Source: Squalus acanthias (taxonomy: Eukaryota). Taken from it: DNA of 64,000 nucleotides. Both the position numbers and the translations under genes were made by a program. Within the stretch, counting starts at the first letter, position 1. Each line of letters starts with the position of its first letter. The DNA is taken from NCBI GenBank assembly GCA_030390025.1, contig CM059431.1:122700001-122764000 (forward strand). The letters run 5' to 3'. Positions 49,077-61,793 of this stretch are shown here, piece after piece. A model generated the notes under the pieces. That model worked only from the letters and a program-made list of their open reading frames with translations, ran no database searches and was not told the DNA's origin.

Positions 49077-50800
49077 TGTAAGGGATTCCTGACCCTGCGT
49101 GTCTCGCAGCCTGTGAGATTCACGCGGCTCTGTGCAGCCTGTATGTCAGTGCGGGTCTAGGCCTGGTTGCCTGTTCTGGTCTCCAGCCAGTCTGGGAACA
49201 CTAGACACACCTGTGAGTGGTTCGAATCACTCTCCCTTACGGTTCTAGACACTGGACTTAGATGCGAGAGCAGTAATGGAGATAAAACTCATGTAGACTC
49301 GGTTTGAATGGTACGAAATGGAAAATCTTTATTGCATGATACTTAAAATTATGAAATACATGTCATAAGCACAGATTAATGACAGTACAATCTTACAAAC
49401 AGTTATATAGTCGATCTTAGGGAAACGAGGAACGAACGGCACAACGTAAATAGGGGCACACATTACAAATATCCTTAATCTTTAAACCCTCCCCTATCAA
49501 TATCTATCCTAAACTAGCTTCGTAGGATCTCGAGACTCATGCTCACCACTCGTGATAACTCGGAGAAATTCCGAATAGCTGATCGGATGTTTTTCACCGC
49601 AGCACCCACGTGTCGGTCAGGAGATCTCCTGGTCCCACTTGTTTACTTGCTTCTGCTGCTTCGGCTAGTAGGCTGGACCGTCTGCTGTGATGAAGACCTG
49701 TGTTGGTTGGTTTAACAGGTACTCTTGGAGCACCGTTGTCAATATCATCGATACGATGTGTTTTCACGTTCCAACCTCCTTAGACACAGTCCCGTTATCG
49801 TCGATGCAATATGTTTTGTTAGAAGTTTAAAGAAAACTTCCTGGCGAGAAACTTGGCTGATCGACCTACAGGCGCGGTCGGGATTTACTGACCGTGGCGA
49901 TGGATATGGTCTTCTTCTCTTCTCCTCTCATCTCATCTCATCTCATCTCATCTCGGGCCTTTGGTTCCGCTGCCAGTTACCAACATAGGTCTTCGTTACG
50001 CGACACGAGGTAGATCCGAACGGATCAGAAAGTTCAACAGTCTTTTTCAGAAGAGGCAACAGGCAAGCAGAAGCCCAACTACGAGTACACAGGAGCAGCC
50101 ACGAGGTTACGAATCGACCGGATAAAACACAGGAGCAAGCGAGCGAACGCAGGAGCAAGAGCAAGAGAGAGAATGGATGGTTTGGAGCCTGCAATTATAG
50201 TGCAAAAATCTTCCATTTCCCGCCCAACTATAATGTCCATTCTTTTGTTTAGGGTTTGGCGCCCAAATGTCTTGTATGGGTGATCTCCGTTCTTAATGGG
50301 TTTCGGGGCTACTCATGAATGTTTGAGTACCCGTTAATATTTCTCCCATTGTTAAATCGGTCGGTGTTCTCCCTGGAGGGGTTTGGGGCTTCCAAGTGTC
50401 CTGTATAACTACCTGCTAACGGCTCTCTCATCGTAGAGTCGTTGGGAGTTTACATATTAATGTCCTTTGGATGGGCCCTTGAGTACTCGGTACAATGGCT
50501 TTCCTTTGTACCTGGGAGACCGATTCCAGTATCTATGTTTATACTGCAAACCCATAATGTCTCGTGTATTATCTTCACTGTGCTGAATCGTTATCGATCT
50601 TGCACAAATGTTTAATGGAACGCCATCTTGTCTGCCTGTTGAAAAGTCTAGAATGTTCTGTCACGAGGTGCGGCGGCCATTTTACAGGCTGCTTGTGTCC
50701 AATTTAAACCTGCCAGCATTCTGCTGAAATAAAAGCTGTTTGAACGAAACTTTGTGTTTTCTCCTTATTAATCAAATCGCGATATATTGCGAATTCTACA
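49077..50800 (-). repeat. 5' LTR (1724 bp)
   Basis: Direct repeat of 37991-39714 at offset 11086; followed on the minus strand by the PBS. Confidence 0.97.
50194..50265 (-). promoter_or_regulatory. Candidate LTR core promoter (GC box plus TATA-like element)
   Basis: Minus strand GGGCGCCAAA...GGGCGGGAA...CTATAATT followed by a pyrimidine-rich, initiator-like tract. Confidence 0.45.
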
Positions 50801-51759
50801 CCATACACACAGAAATGCTTGGTGCAATGGCAGGCCTGCCAGAGAGCCTCTTGTCAGTGTCAAGGAGCATGGAGGAGTCCAGCTCCAACATTGTATGGGG
50901 CTTTGTGTGGAGCTTGGAGCCCCTAATTTCCAGGATGGAAGTGATTGACAACTCCATTAGAACACTTGTGGACCCAACCCTGATGCAGGGTCTGATGGCC
51001 AATGTCTCAGCTTCCATTGCAGCATAAGCAGAAGCAACCCAGCGTCTGAGTGCTGCACTGGAAGCTCAGGTTGCTCTCATGCAGTCTCAGCTTGCTGCCA
51101 CGCAAGCTCAGACTGATGCCATCATGGCTGGGCTTATGCGTATGGAAAGGGGCTTGCAGGGTCTCACAGCAGTCCAGCAATATGTGCACTAACAGATGGC
51201 TAGGAATGCTGAGGCACTGCCCCAGGGGAGTGGCAGTGGGTCCGACAGCATTCGTACTCCCTGTCACTCTGCCAGTGCCCTTGCTCCTGCCTGTCAGCCA
51301 GCCAGCCCAGACAGCTGCCACCCATGCCGAGGTGGTGCAGTCTATAGCCGGGCCTTCTACGCCCAGAGTTGCTCGAGGTCGTCCTGCAAGACCATCTGCA
51401 GTCTCGCCCATGGAAACTCAGCAGTCTTCCACAAGCCATGCTGCAGCCACTGGGGTAGCACTGCGTAGGAGCATTAGATTAGGCAAAGAAACATGAAAGA
51501 CAGACAATTAAGGGAATGCACAAAGGTGGTTTGTTGACTTTGTTATTGCCTTGCTTCATTGATAAATTGTGTTTGGAAAGTTTGCTTTGTGTTGGCTCTC
51601 ATTTCAACTTTGTGCCCAAGAGGATGCTGTGATATTCCGTGACAGAGGGACGGTAAGGTGGGGAAGTGTTGAGCAACAGGGATCTGGGGTTTTCATTCAG
51701 GGGTACTGGATACTAATGAAGTGCTCACGGACAGCCCATCCAGAACGAGGATTTGCTGC

Positions 51760-52800
51760 CTGCCTCCTCCCTTCCTCCTCCTACTCCTACTCCTTTTCCT
51801 TCTCCTCTTCTTCCTCCTCCTCCTCAGGTGATTGAGGAACCCGTGGTGGCAAGGGCTGTGCCCTCATGATGGCCAAGTTGTGGAGGATGCAGCAGACCAC
51901 GACAAAATGGGACACCCGCTCCGGCGTGTACAGGACGGTTCCCCCTGAGCTGTCAAGGCAGCAGAACCAATGCTTTAGCACCCCGCTGGTCTGCTCAATG
52001 AGGTTCCTTGTGGCAGCATAGCTCTCATTTTATGATTGCTGGCCATGAGTGGTGGGGTTGTGGAGGGGAGTGTAGAGCGGAAAGCCCTTATCTCCGAGCA
52101 GCCATGTTGTGGCTGGAAGATTGCTAGCACACCAATCCTGGAGTAGGATGAAGGCATGATGACTGCTGCCAGGATACCAGGCATTCACCATCATGTTGTG
52201 CTGGATATGGTCGCACACCAACTGCACATTAAGTGAGGAGATGCCTTTGCGGTTGCGGTACATCTCAGAATCGATATGCGGCGCCCGCAAAGCCACGTGC
52301 CTGCACCATGGGGAAGCCCGATATCCACATGCGTGTTCCTCCGGCTTCTCTCTGTTCAGAGAGAAGGCACTGACGTCCCTTCTCCTGGAGTACAGAGCCT
52401 CTGTGGCCTCCCAGATGCAGCGATGGACGCTGAACTGGGCGATTGTTAGCTATGTCTCCTGCTGCAGTCTGGAAGGATCCGGTGGTGAAAAAATTGAGGC
52501 CACGGTAACCTTGAGGGCAACTGGCAGTGCCGACATCGCCCTGCTCTGAGGTCTGGTTCCAAGAGATGGCAGATTTCTGTGACCACCTCCTTGGTGAAGC
52601 AGAGCCTCCGAATACACTGCTCCTGGCTTAACTGCAGGTAGCAGAAGTGCTCTCGGAAGACACTAGGTAGGTAAGGCCTCCTGTTGAGAGCCCTCCTGCC
52701 CTTCCTCCTCCTCCTCTGCGAGCAGCTTGTCCTCTTCTTTGCTGCCTCTGCTCCATCTCCCTGTCATGCTCCAGTGTGAGGGGAACTGCAAGTAGAGCCT
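51760..52800 (-). pseudogene. Harbinger (HARBI1-like DDE) transposase, frameshifted
   Basis: ALRAP..YRNRKG..SLNVQLVCD; WLLGDKGFPL; CLDSSGG..YTPERVS..CCILHNLA. Confidence 0.9.
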
Positions 52801-53994
52801 ACCATGACTGGGAGCAAGTGGTCTGAGCAGAACCCTTGAATTCAGAAGCAAGGCCTTCTCCACTTGCAGCACCACTCCCTCTCACCTCACCAACTTTAAA
52901 TAACTGTAGAAAGTGCCAAACGGTTGCACAAACTTACACAGAGCCTGTAGAAAACAAAAAGTAAGTCACCTACAAGTTTTTGATGATCCCTTTAAATACT
53001 GCTGGTGGGGGGTCTCTCGTGCAGCTGAACGCACGTTCTGCTGTACGTGATTTGGAGAGGGCATGCAGTTGAGCGGAAACGTCCAATATAGCAGGCAGTG
53101 CGTCAAATCAGCGTTGCATGCTGATTGAGGTCACGATCTGAATGATTAGCATTTTTCCAGCGAGCAATGGCTGCGCTGACGACCTGCCCAAAACAGCGGC
53201 CACTGCGGAACGCACCGGAAGTGGCCGGAAGCGAGGCGGCCGCCATTTTTTGGGCGAAACCGGCCTTAGCAGCCGGCGGTATTAGGAGATTCTCACGGCC
53301 ACAATATCTATTCCAGATCACAAGGGGATTCTATTGTTACACCCGTGGATTATGCAATTATATAGTTAAATATTGGGCAGTAAAGGGCGCACCCCGAATA
53401 CAAGCTAATTAGAATGCTTATGGGAGTGGACAGCACTGATGTGCCGAAGAGAATATCTATGAAAGACCCTAAACAGATAGTAATCACATGGTGCCATCAT
53501 GCATGCAATTTAACATCATTAACACATCATTTACACTTATTCAAAACCATGGCTGTATAAAACTTATGTCCAGGGCTGTTAGTTGCCATCCCAAAGCAAG
53601 AAGTAAGTCAAGCATTTTAACACAGCATGAGGGAACATAACTATATGAGGCCGCCTTGCTTCGTACAGTGCATTGTTAGAAAGCGTAGTTGAAATTTCTT
53701 ATCTTGGTGGACATGGTAAGGTCATTAAAGATTTTCCACACGTGGGGCGGTTGAGGTGGCATTGACTGCCCTGGCCTCTCCTGTTGCTGTGTTCCTCTCC
53801 ATGTGGCCTGTGCCAGAATGCCCCACTTATGTATTTAACTTCATGCAAAAATACGACAACTTCAACTCTGACCCAGGGCTCTGGTCCTGCCTATAGATAT
53901 TGCAGATCTGACAGACAATCTTTCAAAACAACAGAAAATGTTGGAAACACTCAACAGGTCAGGCAGCATCCGTGGAGAAAGAAACAGAGTTAAC

Positions 53995-55774
53995 GGCCGC
54001 GATTTCACCGACCGAGGCGAGTCCGGGGCGGCCGGGGTTGTTGTCGTGGTCCCAGCCCGCTGCCTACTGCAGCCCACACTCTCCAAGTGATTTTTCATTG
54101 ATGGGGCTTGTTAAGCCCGCCCTGCGAGTTTCCCGGCCAATTAATAGGAAGCGGGTCTGATGACTTCATTTGATGACGCGTCATCAACTGGTTTCCTTAA
54201 AGGGGCCATGTCCACAATGATTTTGACAGTTGTTCTCTCAGTGTTTGACAGCATTGAGGTGCTGCAACCACTGACAAACACTTCATAAAGGTGCACGGCT
54301 GCACCCAGGCTCTCCCATGGCTCCCTCCATATGCTTATGGAGGGAGTCACAGCACGCAGGGAGGTCCTCTTCCCTTCCAATACCAGAAGAGACCTCCCCA
54401 GGAGATCAACACAGCCTGGCTGCACATTGCACAGGAGGATACAAGCAGGGATGTCATCAGGAGGACCAGGCTGCAGTGTTGCAAATCTTTCAATGATCTG
54501 AGCAGATCATGAAACGTTACTGCCAAGCCACACTCAACCTCATCCTGCTGTGCCACTCATCACATCCACATCACTCTGCCTTCCCTACCTTACTCCTGCA
54601 CATCTTTACTCACACCAACTTACCTTGTACCTCCAACCATCCCTCTCTATCTACATTATCACTTCCCTATCTCACTAGCCACCCTTCACACTCACCCTCA
54701 ACCTACTGCAAGCATACGAACTAACAACACACAAGGGTAGGCACCTGGGTGGTTTAGCCAATGTTCCTGTGAAGTTTCTTTTAATGTGTTGTCAAACATT
54801 GAAAGCTATATTTTCAACACTTTACCTTATTGGACAGATCTGTGCTCACCTTTGGAAGTGAATGTTGCATTCCAGTGTATGTTGAGACATAACTCCCCCC
54901 CACCCCCCCTCCCCAATGGTGATGAGTGTGAAAGGAATGGCTTGGACATTGTAGGAATGCTTTATGGTGCTGGTGTGGGGTGGTGTCAACCTGGCGCATC
55001 ATGTGGCAGCGAAGTGAAGTAAATCTGGCCATGGTGATGCCATTGCTGGCGTCCCGGGCAGCAATTTTGTCAGGTGTTGATGCCCTGTGTCCTGTGCTGC
55101 ATCAGGTGATTGCAGAGAAGGTTTGTATTGTTGTTGGTGATGTTGGTGTGCCTGGTAATGTTGTTGCTGGTGCTGATCGTGAAGGGATTCAGAGGACGAA
55201 AGTGAGATTTTTTCAAGGGCACCGATGTTGCTGGAATGGATGGCAGCTGAATTGAGATGACAGAAGTAATCTGTCAGTGGTGAGAGAGCTTGCTCCAAGG
55301 AGGTGACAGTGGATAGAGAGATTACTCCAAACTCTTCCAAACTGCATACAGCTCAAAAGTGTCTTCCAAGTCCTGAAGGCTCAAGCTTCTGACATTGGAA
55401 AGTGACCAGCTGTGAAATGGTAGCTTTCATACCACTTTCGCAGCTGTCACCGATTCACAGCAATGGGAAGACATAGAGAACCCGACCTACTTACCTGGCG
55501 TGATCTCTGAACGACATGAACCCCGTTAAAAAAGTGTGAAAATAGAAATAGGCTGGCAAAATAGTGGTTAACAAGCATTTAACAAGCATTTAACTATCTT
55601 AAACACCTCCCCGCCGCTTGGTGTCGGGTCTGTTCTGAAATCGCAGACCCGACACTTTGGAAACTTACATGGAGGCAGGTTCGGAACGGCTTCCCAACCC
55701 ACTGTCAATCATTTCAATTTTGAAAGCGGACCCGCCTCCGAACCTGCACTCTGAGCGCCGGCAAAATCGCAGCC
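53995..55774. mobile_element. Non-autonomous Harbinger
   Basis: TIR GGCCGCGATTT / AAATCGCAGCC; 3-bp TSD AAC; degraded Myb exon. Confidence 0.85.
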
Positions 55775-56299
55775 AACATTTCAGGTCTGTGACCCTTCGT
55801 CTGACGAAGGGTCACAGACCTGAAACATTAACTCGGTTTCTCTCTCCATGGATGCTGCCTGACCTGCTGACTGTTTCCAGCATTTTCTGTTGTTATTTCA
55901 GATTTCCAGCATCCTCACTATTTTGTTATTGTATTCTTTCAAAACAATTTTTCTAGCATGACCACCTTAAACTGCTGCAGGCTTTTCACTTCTGCACCAG
56001 CAGGCTCGATGTTCCCGCTCAAACTATAAGCTCCCAGTGACTGATGTACATAACACCAGTGAAGTTACAGTTATTATTTCAATTAGGCTGACCCCAAAAC
56101 TGTTGCGGCAACAGTTTACTTCTCATTGGTCTGGCTAGAATCACACTCCACCATACTTCCAATCGAGACTGTGCTTGAGTGGAAAATCTAGGCTGAAGAG
56201 CTTCAAAGAAATCTTTGCACAAGCTCTGTAAGATCTTTCAAGTTAAGAAGGAAGATTGGGAGAAGAGAAAGAGTGAGGGAATGAAAAGGAACTTTCTAA

Positions 56300-58647
56300 G
56301 AGGAAACAGGTGGTGAGAGAACCAATCCGAGGGAAAAATCTACTTGACCTTGTCCTCACCAATCTACCTGTCACAGATGCATCTGTCCATGACAGTATTG
56401 GTAGGACTGACCACTGCACAGTTTGTGGAGACAAACTCCCATCTTCGCACTGAGGACCCTCTTCATCGTGTTGTGTGGCACTACCACCGTGGTAAATGGG
56501 ATGGATTCAGAACAGATCTAGCAGCTCAAAACTGTGCATCCATGAGGCGATGTGGGCCATCAGCAGAATTGTATTCCATGACAATCTGTAACCTCATGAC
56601 CCGACATACCCCTCACTCTACCTTTACCATCGATCCAGGGGACAACACTGGTTCAATGAGGAGTGTAGAAGAGCATGCCAGGGGCAGTACCAGGCATACC
56701 TGAAAATGAGGTCCCAATCTGGTGAAGCTACAGCAGAGGACTACATACATACTAAACAGTGGAAACAGCATGCTAAAGACAGAGCTAAGTGATCCCACAA
56801 CCAACGAATCAGATCAAAGCTCTGCAGTCCTGCTATATCCAGTTGTGAATGGTGGTGGACAATTGAACAATTAACGTGAAGAGGAGGCTCCTTGAACATC
56901 CCCATCCTCAATGTTGGCTGAGCCCAGCACGTGAGTGCAGAAGACAAGGCTGAAGCATTTGAAATCATCTTCAGCCAGAAGTGCCGAGTGGAGGATCCAT
57001 AGCGCCCTTTCCTGAGGTCCCCACCATCACAGAAGCCAGTCTTCAGCCAATTCGATTCACTCCGCATGATATCAAGAAAGGGTTGAGTGCACTGGATACA
57101 GCAAAGGCTATGGGCCCCGACAACATCCCAGATGTCATGCTGAAGACTTGTGTTCCAGAACTAGCCGCACCTCTAGCCAACTGTTCCAGTACAGCTACTA
57201 CACTGGCATCTACCCAACAATGTGAAAAATTGCCCAGGTATGTCCTGTCCAAAAAAAGCAGGACAAATCCAATCCAGCCAATTACCGCCCCATCTGTCTA
57301 CTCTGAATCATCAGCAAAGTGATGAAAGGTGTCATCGATAGTGCTATCAAGCGGAATTTACTTACCAATAACCTGCTCACTGATGCCCAGTTTGGGTTCC
57401 GTCAGGACCACTCGGCTCCAGACCTCATTACAGCCTTGGTCCAAACATGGACAAAAGAGCTGAATTCCAGAGGTGAGGTGTAAGTGACTGCCCTTGACAA
57501 CAAAGCAACATTTGACCGAGTGTGGCATCAAGGAGTCCTAGTAAAATTGAAGTCAATGGGAATCAGGGGGAAAACACATTACTGGCTGGAGTCATACCGA
57601 GCACAACGGAAGATGATTGTGGTTGTTGGAGGCCAATCATCTCAGCCCCAGGGCATCGCTGCAGGAGTTCCTCAGGGCAGTGTTCTAGGCCCAACCATCT
57701 TCAACTGCTTCATCAATGACCTTCCCTCCATCATAAGGTCAGAAGTGGGGATGTATGCTGATGATTGCACACTGTTCAGTTCCATTCACAACTCCTCAGA
57801 TAATGAAGCAGTCCATACCCGCATGCAGCAAAACCTGTATAATATTCAGGCTTGGGCGGATAAGTGGCAGGTAACATTTGCACCACACTAGTGTCAGGCA
57901 TTGACGATCTCCAACAAGAGATAATTTAACCACCGTCCCTTGACATTCAATGGTATTACCATTGCTGATTCCCCCACCACCAACATCTTGGGGGTTTCCA
58001 TTGACCAGAAACTTAACTGAACCAGCCACATAAATGCTGTGGCAACAAAAGCTGGATATTCTGCGGCAACTGTCTCACCTCCTGACTCCCCAAAGCCTTT
58101 CCACATCTACTAGGCACAAGTCAGGAATATGATGGAATACTCTCCACTTGCCTGGATGAGTGCATCTCCAACAACACTCAAGTAGCTTGACAACATCTAG
58201 GACAAAGCAGCCCGCTTGTTTGGCACCCCATCCACCACCTTAAACATTCGCTCCCTCCACCACTGGCGCACCATGGCTGCAGTGTGTACCATCTACAAGA
58301 TGCACTGCAGCAACTCGCCAAGGCTTCTTCGATAGCACCATCCAAACCTGCGACCTCTACTGCCTAGAAGGACAAGGGCAACAAATGCAGGGGAACACCA
58401 TCACTTCCAAGTTCCCCTCCAAATTACATACCATCCTGACTTTGAAATATATTGCCAATCCTTCATCGTCGCTGGGTCAAAATCCTGGAACTCCATCCCT
58501 AACAGTACTGTGGGAGTACCTTCACCACACAGACTGCAGCGGTTCAAGAAGGAGGCTCACCACCACCTTCTCAAGGGCAATTAGAGATGGGCAATAAATG
58601 CTGGCCTTGCCAGCGATACCCACATCCCATGAACTGCTAAAAAAAAT
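56300..58647 (+). mobile_element. CR1-clade LINE (second family), degraded
   Basis: KAMGPDNIP, FDRVWH, GVPQGSVLGP, YADD with stops; AATAAA and A-tail. Confidence 0.88.
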
Positions 58648-59739
58648 GCCAATGAAAGAAACAAAAAAGAAGGAAACAACAGGTATGATTGCAGAATTGG
58701 ATTATTTTAAATGTTTGATAAAATTGTGCAGTGTGTCAGAATGGGTGAGGTTCCCAGTCGGATGAAAAGTCAGAAAATTAGCCCTATAAGTGTACAATAT
58801 AACCTTTTTAAGTGGTTTTCCCTTTTTGTTGCCGTTTCACATTAATGCTTAGAAATGACTGATATTAGCAGATAAATACTTCACAGATTCCTATGACATT
58901 CTTCCGTCAATTATTTTAACAAAGGTATTAAACTATTTACAATAAATGGGTTAACACCTCTGTTAAAATAGTGGGCAGGTGAATGTCATATGAATGCCAT
59001 AATCATTCATCCATTATCATAATCAACAGTAATTTCCAGGCTAATATACTTTTATTTGATCTATTGTATTTTATAGCTTGATAGTTTCTGCTTTATTTTT
59101 CCTGTCATCATTGTTTTTGTCCATTAAAATTAATTAATTGTGTTCGTAAAAAAAAAAAAAATCCTTGCCTCACTTCATTGGGTGGGAGAGGAGGATAGCT
59201 GATGTGACCTTTATGATTTAGCCTTTCCGGAGACTCATTTTCCTCTCACTAAGATTGTGATGTGCCAGTGAAATTGAATGGGTCAGGTGGTTTGTGCCCC
59301 TCCACCTGCAAGCAGCTGGTGTAACCATTTTGATACACTGGGAGCTCAGTCTCAAAAAGTATAACTGCTTTTGGTGATAAAGGCCACAATGTGCTGGAAT
59401 CTGCCCACATAGCAAATTACTTTCTTAATGATGGTTTACCAAATACTGTTTCTCTCAACTTTATTACAGGAATATAGATAATCTACTTGGCAGCATCTTC
59501 ATTCTCAGAATGGAAACATCCCCGACACACTGTAAGAGTTCATCCCTCTTTTTGATGCTCCTGGGGAGTCATGTGTTTGACATGTGAAACAAGATGTCAT
59601 AATCATCAGTGTTGATCAGTACCCTCACAAAACACAAAAGCAAAATACTGCGGATGCTGGAAATCTGAAATAATTACAGAAAATGCTGGAAATACTCAGC
59701 AGGTCAGGCAGCATCTGTGGGGAGAGAAACAGAGTCAAC

Positions 59740-60572
59740 GGGCTGGATTTTGTCAATGGGGACGTGATGGAGGCGGGACTCCCACTTTTTGGGTTGTAGT
59801 CCCGCCTCCATCGACTTGTGGCCAACCCACTCGATTTTCCCTTGATTGACCTTGTTCAGCCCGCCCAGCTGGCTCAGCAGGCCACTTAAGGGCCACCCGG
59901 CAACAGGTGACCTCACAGATTGACATTTCATCTGTCAAGAGCTTTTGACAGATGATATATTAGCGTTTGACAGCTCCTTGAAGCTGTCAAACACTGACAA
60001 TCTGTACTCTAAGTTAATTCCTTCCTCTCAGGCTGATTTAGAGATCTCTGCAGAACAAAAAGCAGAGGCTGCAGCTTTTGACAGCTCAACGGCCATTCTG
60101 CTTTCTGTGCTGGTGAGATTTCTGACTCCCGAGACCTGAAGGGCTGACACCTGCAGGAGGAAGTTAAGGTAAGTAAAACTTTTTTCCACACTTTACACTT
60201 ACCTTACACACTTACCTCTGCACACATGCACCCATCACTCACCAGCCCACCGGACATCTCGACCCCTCCAAGCCCTCCAGACCGACGGTCCGCCTCGCTA
60301 GAACGGCGTGGTTCGGACCTGTCGGGAAGCCCACACTTCAGGGCTAAAAATAGGGATTAGGCAAAAAACTGCCTGTTAACTATCTGTTAACAGGCAGTTT
60401 ATTGGCACTAATCCCCTTCCCACCTCGGGGAGGCGGGTCCCAGCACAGGTCGGGTACCCCCCTCCTGTGAAACTGGCATGGAGGCGGGATGGGTTCGGGA
60501 CACCCGAATCTGCAATTTTAACCACCCACACACCTCCAATCCCACCTCCACGGGTCAATGAAAATGTTGCCC
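59740..60572. mobile_element. Harbinger-type non-autonomous element
   Basis: Ends GGGCTGGATTTT / AAAATGTTGCCC; TSD AAC/AAT; splits a Penelope end. Confidence 0.75.
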
Positions 60573-61128
60573 AATGTTTCAGGTTGATGACCCTTCGATC
60601 AGTACCCTGCTACTCCTGTTACTTATAACAAGCTGCCAGCATGTGTGAGTGACAGTTCATTTTGACCTATGGCTGCTATAACTAGCTGACTAATGCACCT
60701 TCATCTCCACATGGAAAAGCTCAATAAGAGTTTGCAGGGGTGAATGAGTGGCGTTGCGGTGAGTTGAAAATTCAAAGAAGGTAGGGTCTGAAATACTAGG
60801 CGATCCATCTTCTTTATTCATTCCACATTATTCACAAATTGCAGGAGTACTGTAGTCATATAATTTAAGATAAAGAAGGACTCTGCAATGGGATGTGTTG
60901 TTACGCGCCATGTTCTGAGCAAGTGACAGATCTAATGAGTAGTGTTAATGAATATGTGAGGGGTGCTGCATGCAGTGACCTTATAAATGTTATCAATCAG
61001 GACTTGGTTAAGGATGGCTGGGACGCGACTGTGGAGTGAGTGGATTGGCCTTTGACCTGCACTCTAGAATTCCTACATATGAGATGTTAACAGTTGGTGA
61101 TGCACTCAGCTATCTATTTAGCTATTCT

Positions 61129-61793
61129 GGGGTAGAATTTCCACTTGTTTCCGTTAGTTTTGCACCCAGATTCCAACGCAATTGGCGAATCAGGGCAAAA
61201 CATTGGGGAACTTTAAATGTAAGAGAGTTACGAGCAAAACTACTTATGATGAATCAGGCTGCGGCCCCAGGTCGAAATTGTGAGTTTCTGCCGATTGCGA
61301 TGGTTCTGGAAGGCTCTTCAAATTGCGTTCATTTGTTTAGGCACACGGGCATGTTACCAAAGTTTTTTCATAATCACAAAATATTTAATTTACTATGAAA
61401 CTGACTGAGTATGCCAATGAAACTATTAAATGGTTCAGTATAGATTTTAAAATAATTTTTAGTGATTTTAAATCAGGTTACTCACAGGTGGAGGGGCTGG
61501 GCACTCATTAAATTTTTTTATTGTTTTGTGATAAAGCCATTTTCCAGCTGTGTTAATAAAACTGCACCAGGTTACCACTCCTAAATATATCAATAAATAC
61601 TTCTTAATGAAAGAAAAAAAGAAACAATTACATTCTATTACGCTGCCCAATTGTGCTGGTTCATGGAAGATTTTAAGTTTGTGATTATGCAAATTAATTT
61701 TAGCAGAAGCTTGAACTGTAACCTAACCAGTGCAATTTCAAGCGCATTTTGGGCGCAATTTCCAGATTTTGTCCAAAGCAGAAACTCTACCCC
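61129..61793. mobile_element. Harbinger-type MITE
   Basis: TIR GGGGTAGAATTTC / GAAACTCTACCCC; TSD TCT. Confidence 0.8.

Larger units (their letters stand above)
37991..50800 (-). mobile_element. Full-length endogenous retrovirus-like LTR element (LTR-gag-pol-env-LTR), lokiretrovirus-like
   Basis: Two 1724-bp direct repeats bounded by TGTA...TACA; 4-bp TSD CCAT (37987-37990 and 50801-50804); PBS, PPT and three uninterrupted ORFs. The lokiretrovirus assignment is inferred from the dual RNase H and F-like Env. Confidence 0.96.
35017..53300. mobile_element. PIF/Harbinger transposon (degraded), split by a CR1 and by the provirus
   Basis: Myb/SANT exons on + (~35300-35960); the C-terminal frame runs through the provirus TSD (RRRVMAI|HTEMLGAM); transposase remnants on -. 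Ends are approximate. Confidence 0.75.

Noticed and set aside
49073..49123. Gag start inside the LTR
   Set aside because: GTG start produced by the ORF caller; the first ATG is 49072
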